Below are positions 63,175-64,000 of a stretch of DNA of 64,000 nt, piece by piece (position 1 is the first letter of the stretch; every line of letters begins with the position of its first letter). The DNA is from Magallana gigas (Eukaryota). The notes under the pieces are model-generated. The model was not told where the DNA came from and searched no databases. It saw only the letters and a program-made list of their open reading frames with translations. Both the position numbers and the translations under genes were made by a program. The stretch lies in assembly GCF_963853765.1 (NCBI RefSeq), contig NC_088853.1:52948001-53012000 (forward strand), given 5' to 3'.

Positions 63175-64000
63175 GAAATTAAAAATTTATTAAAAATCTT
63201 CTTCTCGGAAACTAATCAACCAGGAAAGCTGAAACTTGTGTGGAAGCATCCTCAGGTAGTGTAGATTCAAAGTTGTGAAAATCATGATCCCTGGGGGTAG
63301 GCTGGGGCACAATGGGGGATCGAAGTTTTACATAGGAATATATAGAGTAAATATTTAAAAATCTTCTTCTCAGAAACTAATCAGCCAGGAAAGCTGATAC
63401 TTGTGTGGAAGTATCCTCAGGTAGTGTAGATTCAAAGTTGTGAAAATCATGACCCCCAGGATTAGGGTGGGGCCACAATGGGGGGTCGAAGTTTTACATA
63501 GGAATATATAGAGTAAATCTTTAAAAATCTTCTTCTCAGAAACTAATCAGCCAGGAAAGCTGAAACTTGTGTGGAAGCATCCTCAGATAGTGTAGATTCA
63601 AAGTTGTGAAAATCATGACCCCCTGGGGTTGGGTGGGGCCACAATGGGGTGGTCGAAGTTTTACATAGGAATATATAGAGTAAATCTTTAAAAATCTTCT
63701 TCTCAGAAACTAATCAGCCAGAAAAGCTGACACTTGTGTGGAAGCATCCTCAGATAGTGTAGATTCAAAGTTGTGAAAATCATGACCCCCAGGGGTAGGG
63801 TGGGGCACAATGGAGGGTCGAAGTTTTACATAGGAATATATAGAGTAAATCTTTAAAATTCTTCTTCTCAGAAACTAATCAGCCAGGAAAGCTGAAACTT
63901 GTGTGGAAGTATCCTCAGGCAGTGTAGATTCAAAGTTGTGAAAATCATGATCCCTGGGGGTAGGGTGGGGCCACAATGGGGGGGGGGTGTTAAAGTTTTA
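63175..64000 (+). repeat. Cg170/HindIII-type ~166-bp satellite array (~5 monomers, runs off the window)
   Basis: Marker (c/t)atcctca at ~63248, 63414, 63578, 63745 and 63910; same monomer as 29400-30627. Confidence 0.92.

Overview
AT-rich animal genomic DNA with two N gaps (47408-47539 and 50819-50954). It is very probably oyster (Crassostrea/Magallana-like), inferred from ~166-bp Cg170/HindIII-type satellite arrays carried inside Helentron-associated (HINE) elements. Only one clearly intact host gene is present: a 5-exon secreted C-type lectin (45429-46696, minus). The rest is dominated by mobile and viral DNA. (1) A decayed Helitron whose single long ORF joins a herpes-tegument-like deubiquitinase domain to Rep and PIF1 helicase domains, followed by a spliced RPA70-like gene. 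(2) A Polinton/adintovirus-type protein-primed DNA polymerase fragment with two spliceosomal introns. (3) A compact Polinton-like virus gene cluster at 57.8-62.9 kb: packaging ATPase, a conserved Polinton protein with C2H2 fingers, a CCHC zinc-knuckle protein, a GADD34/ICP34.5/DP71L-like PP1 recruiter, and a spliced Pro-rich RING protein behind a double-CRE promoter. A diverged inverted copy of that promoter and coding start lies at 38.7-39.1 kb. (4) Remnants of Kolobok/Mutator-like, Crypton, DIRS-like, LTR, hAT, Harbinger and Transib/RAG-like elements. All family assignments come from motif recognition by eye; no database search was run.
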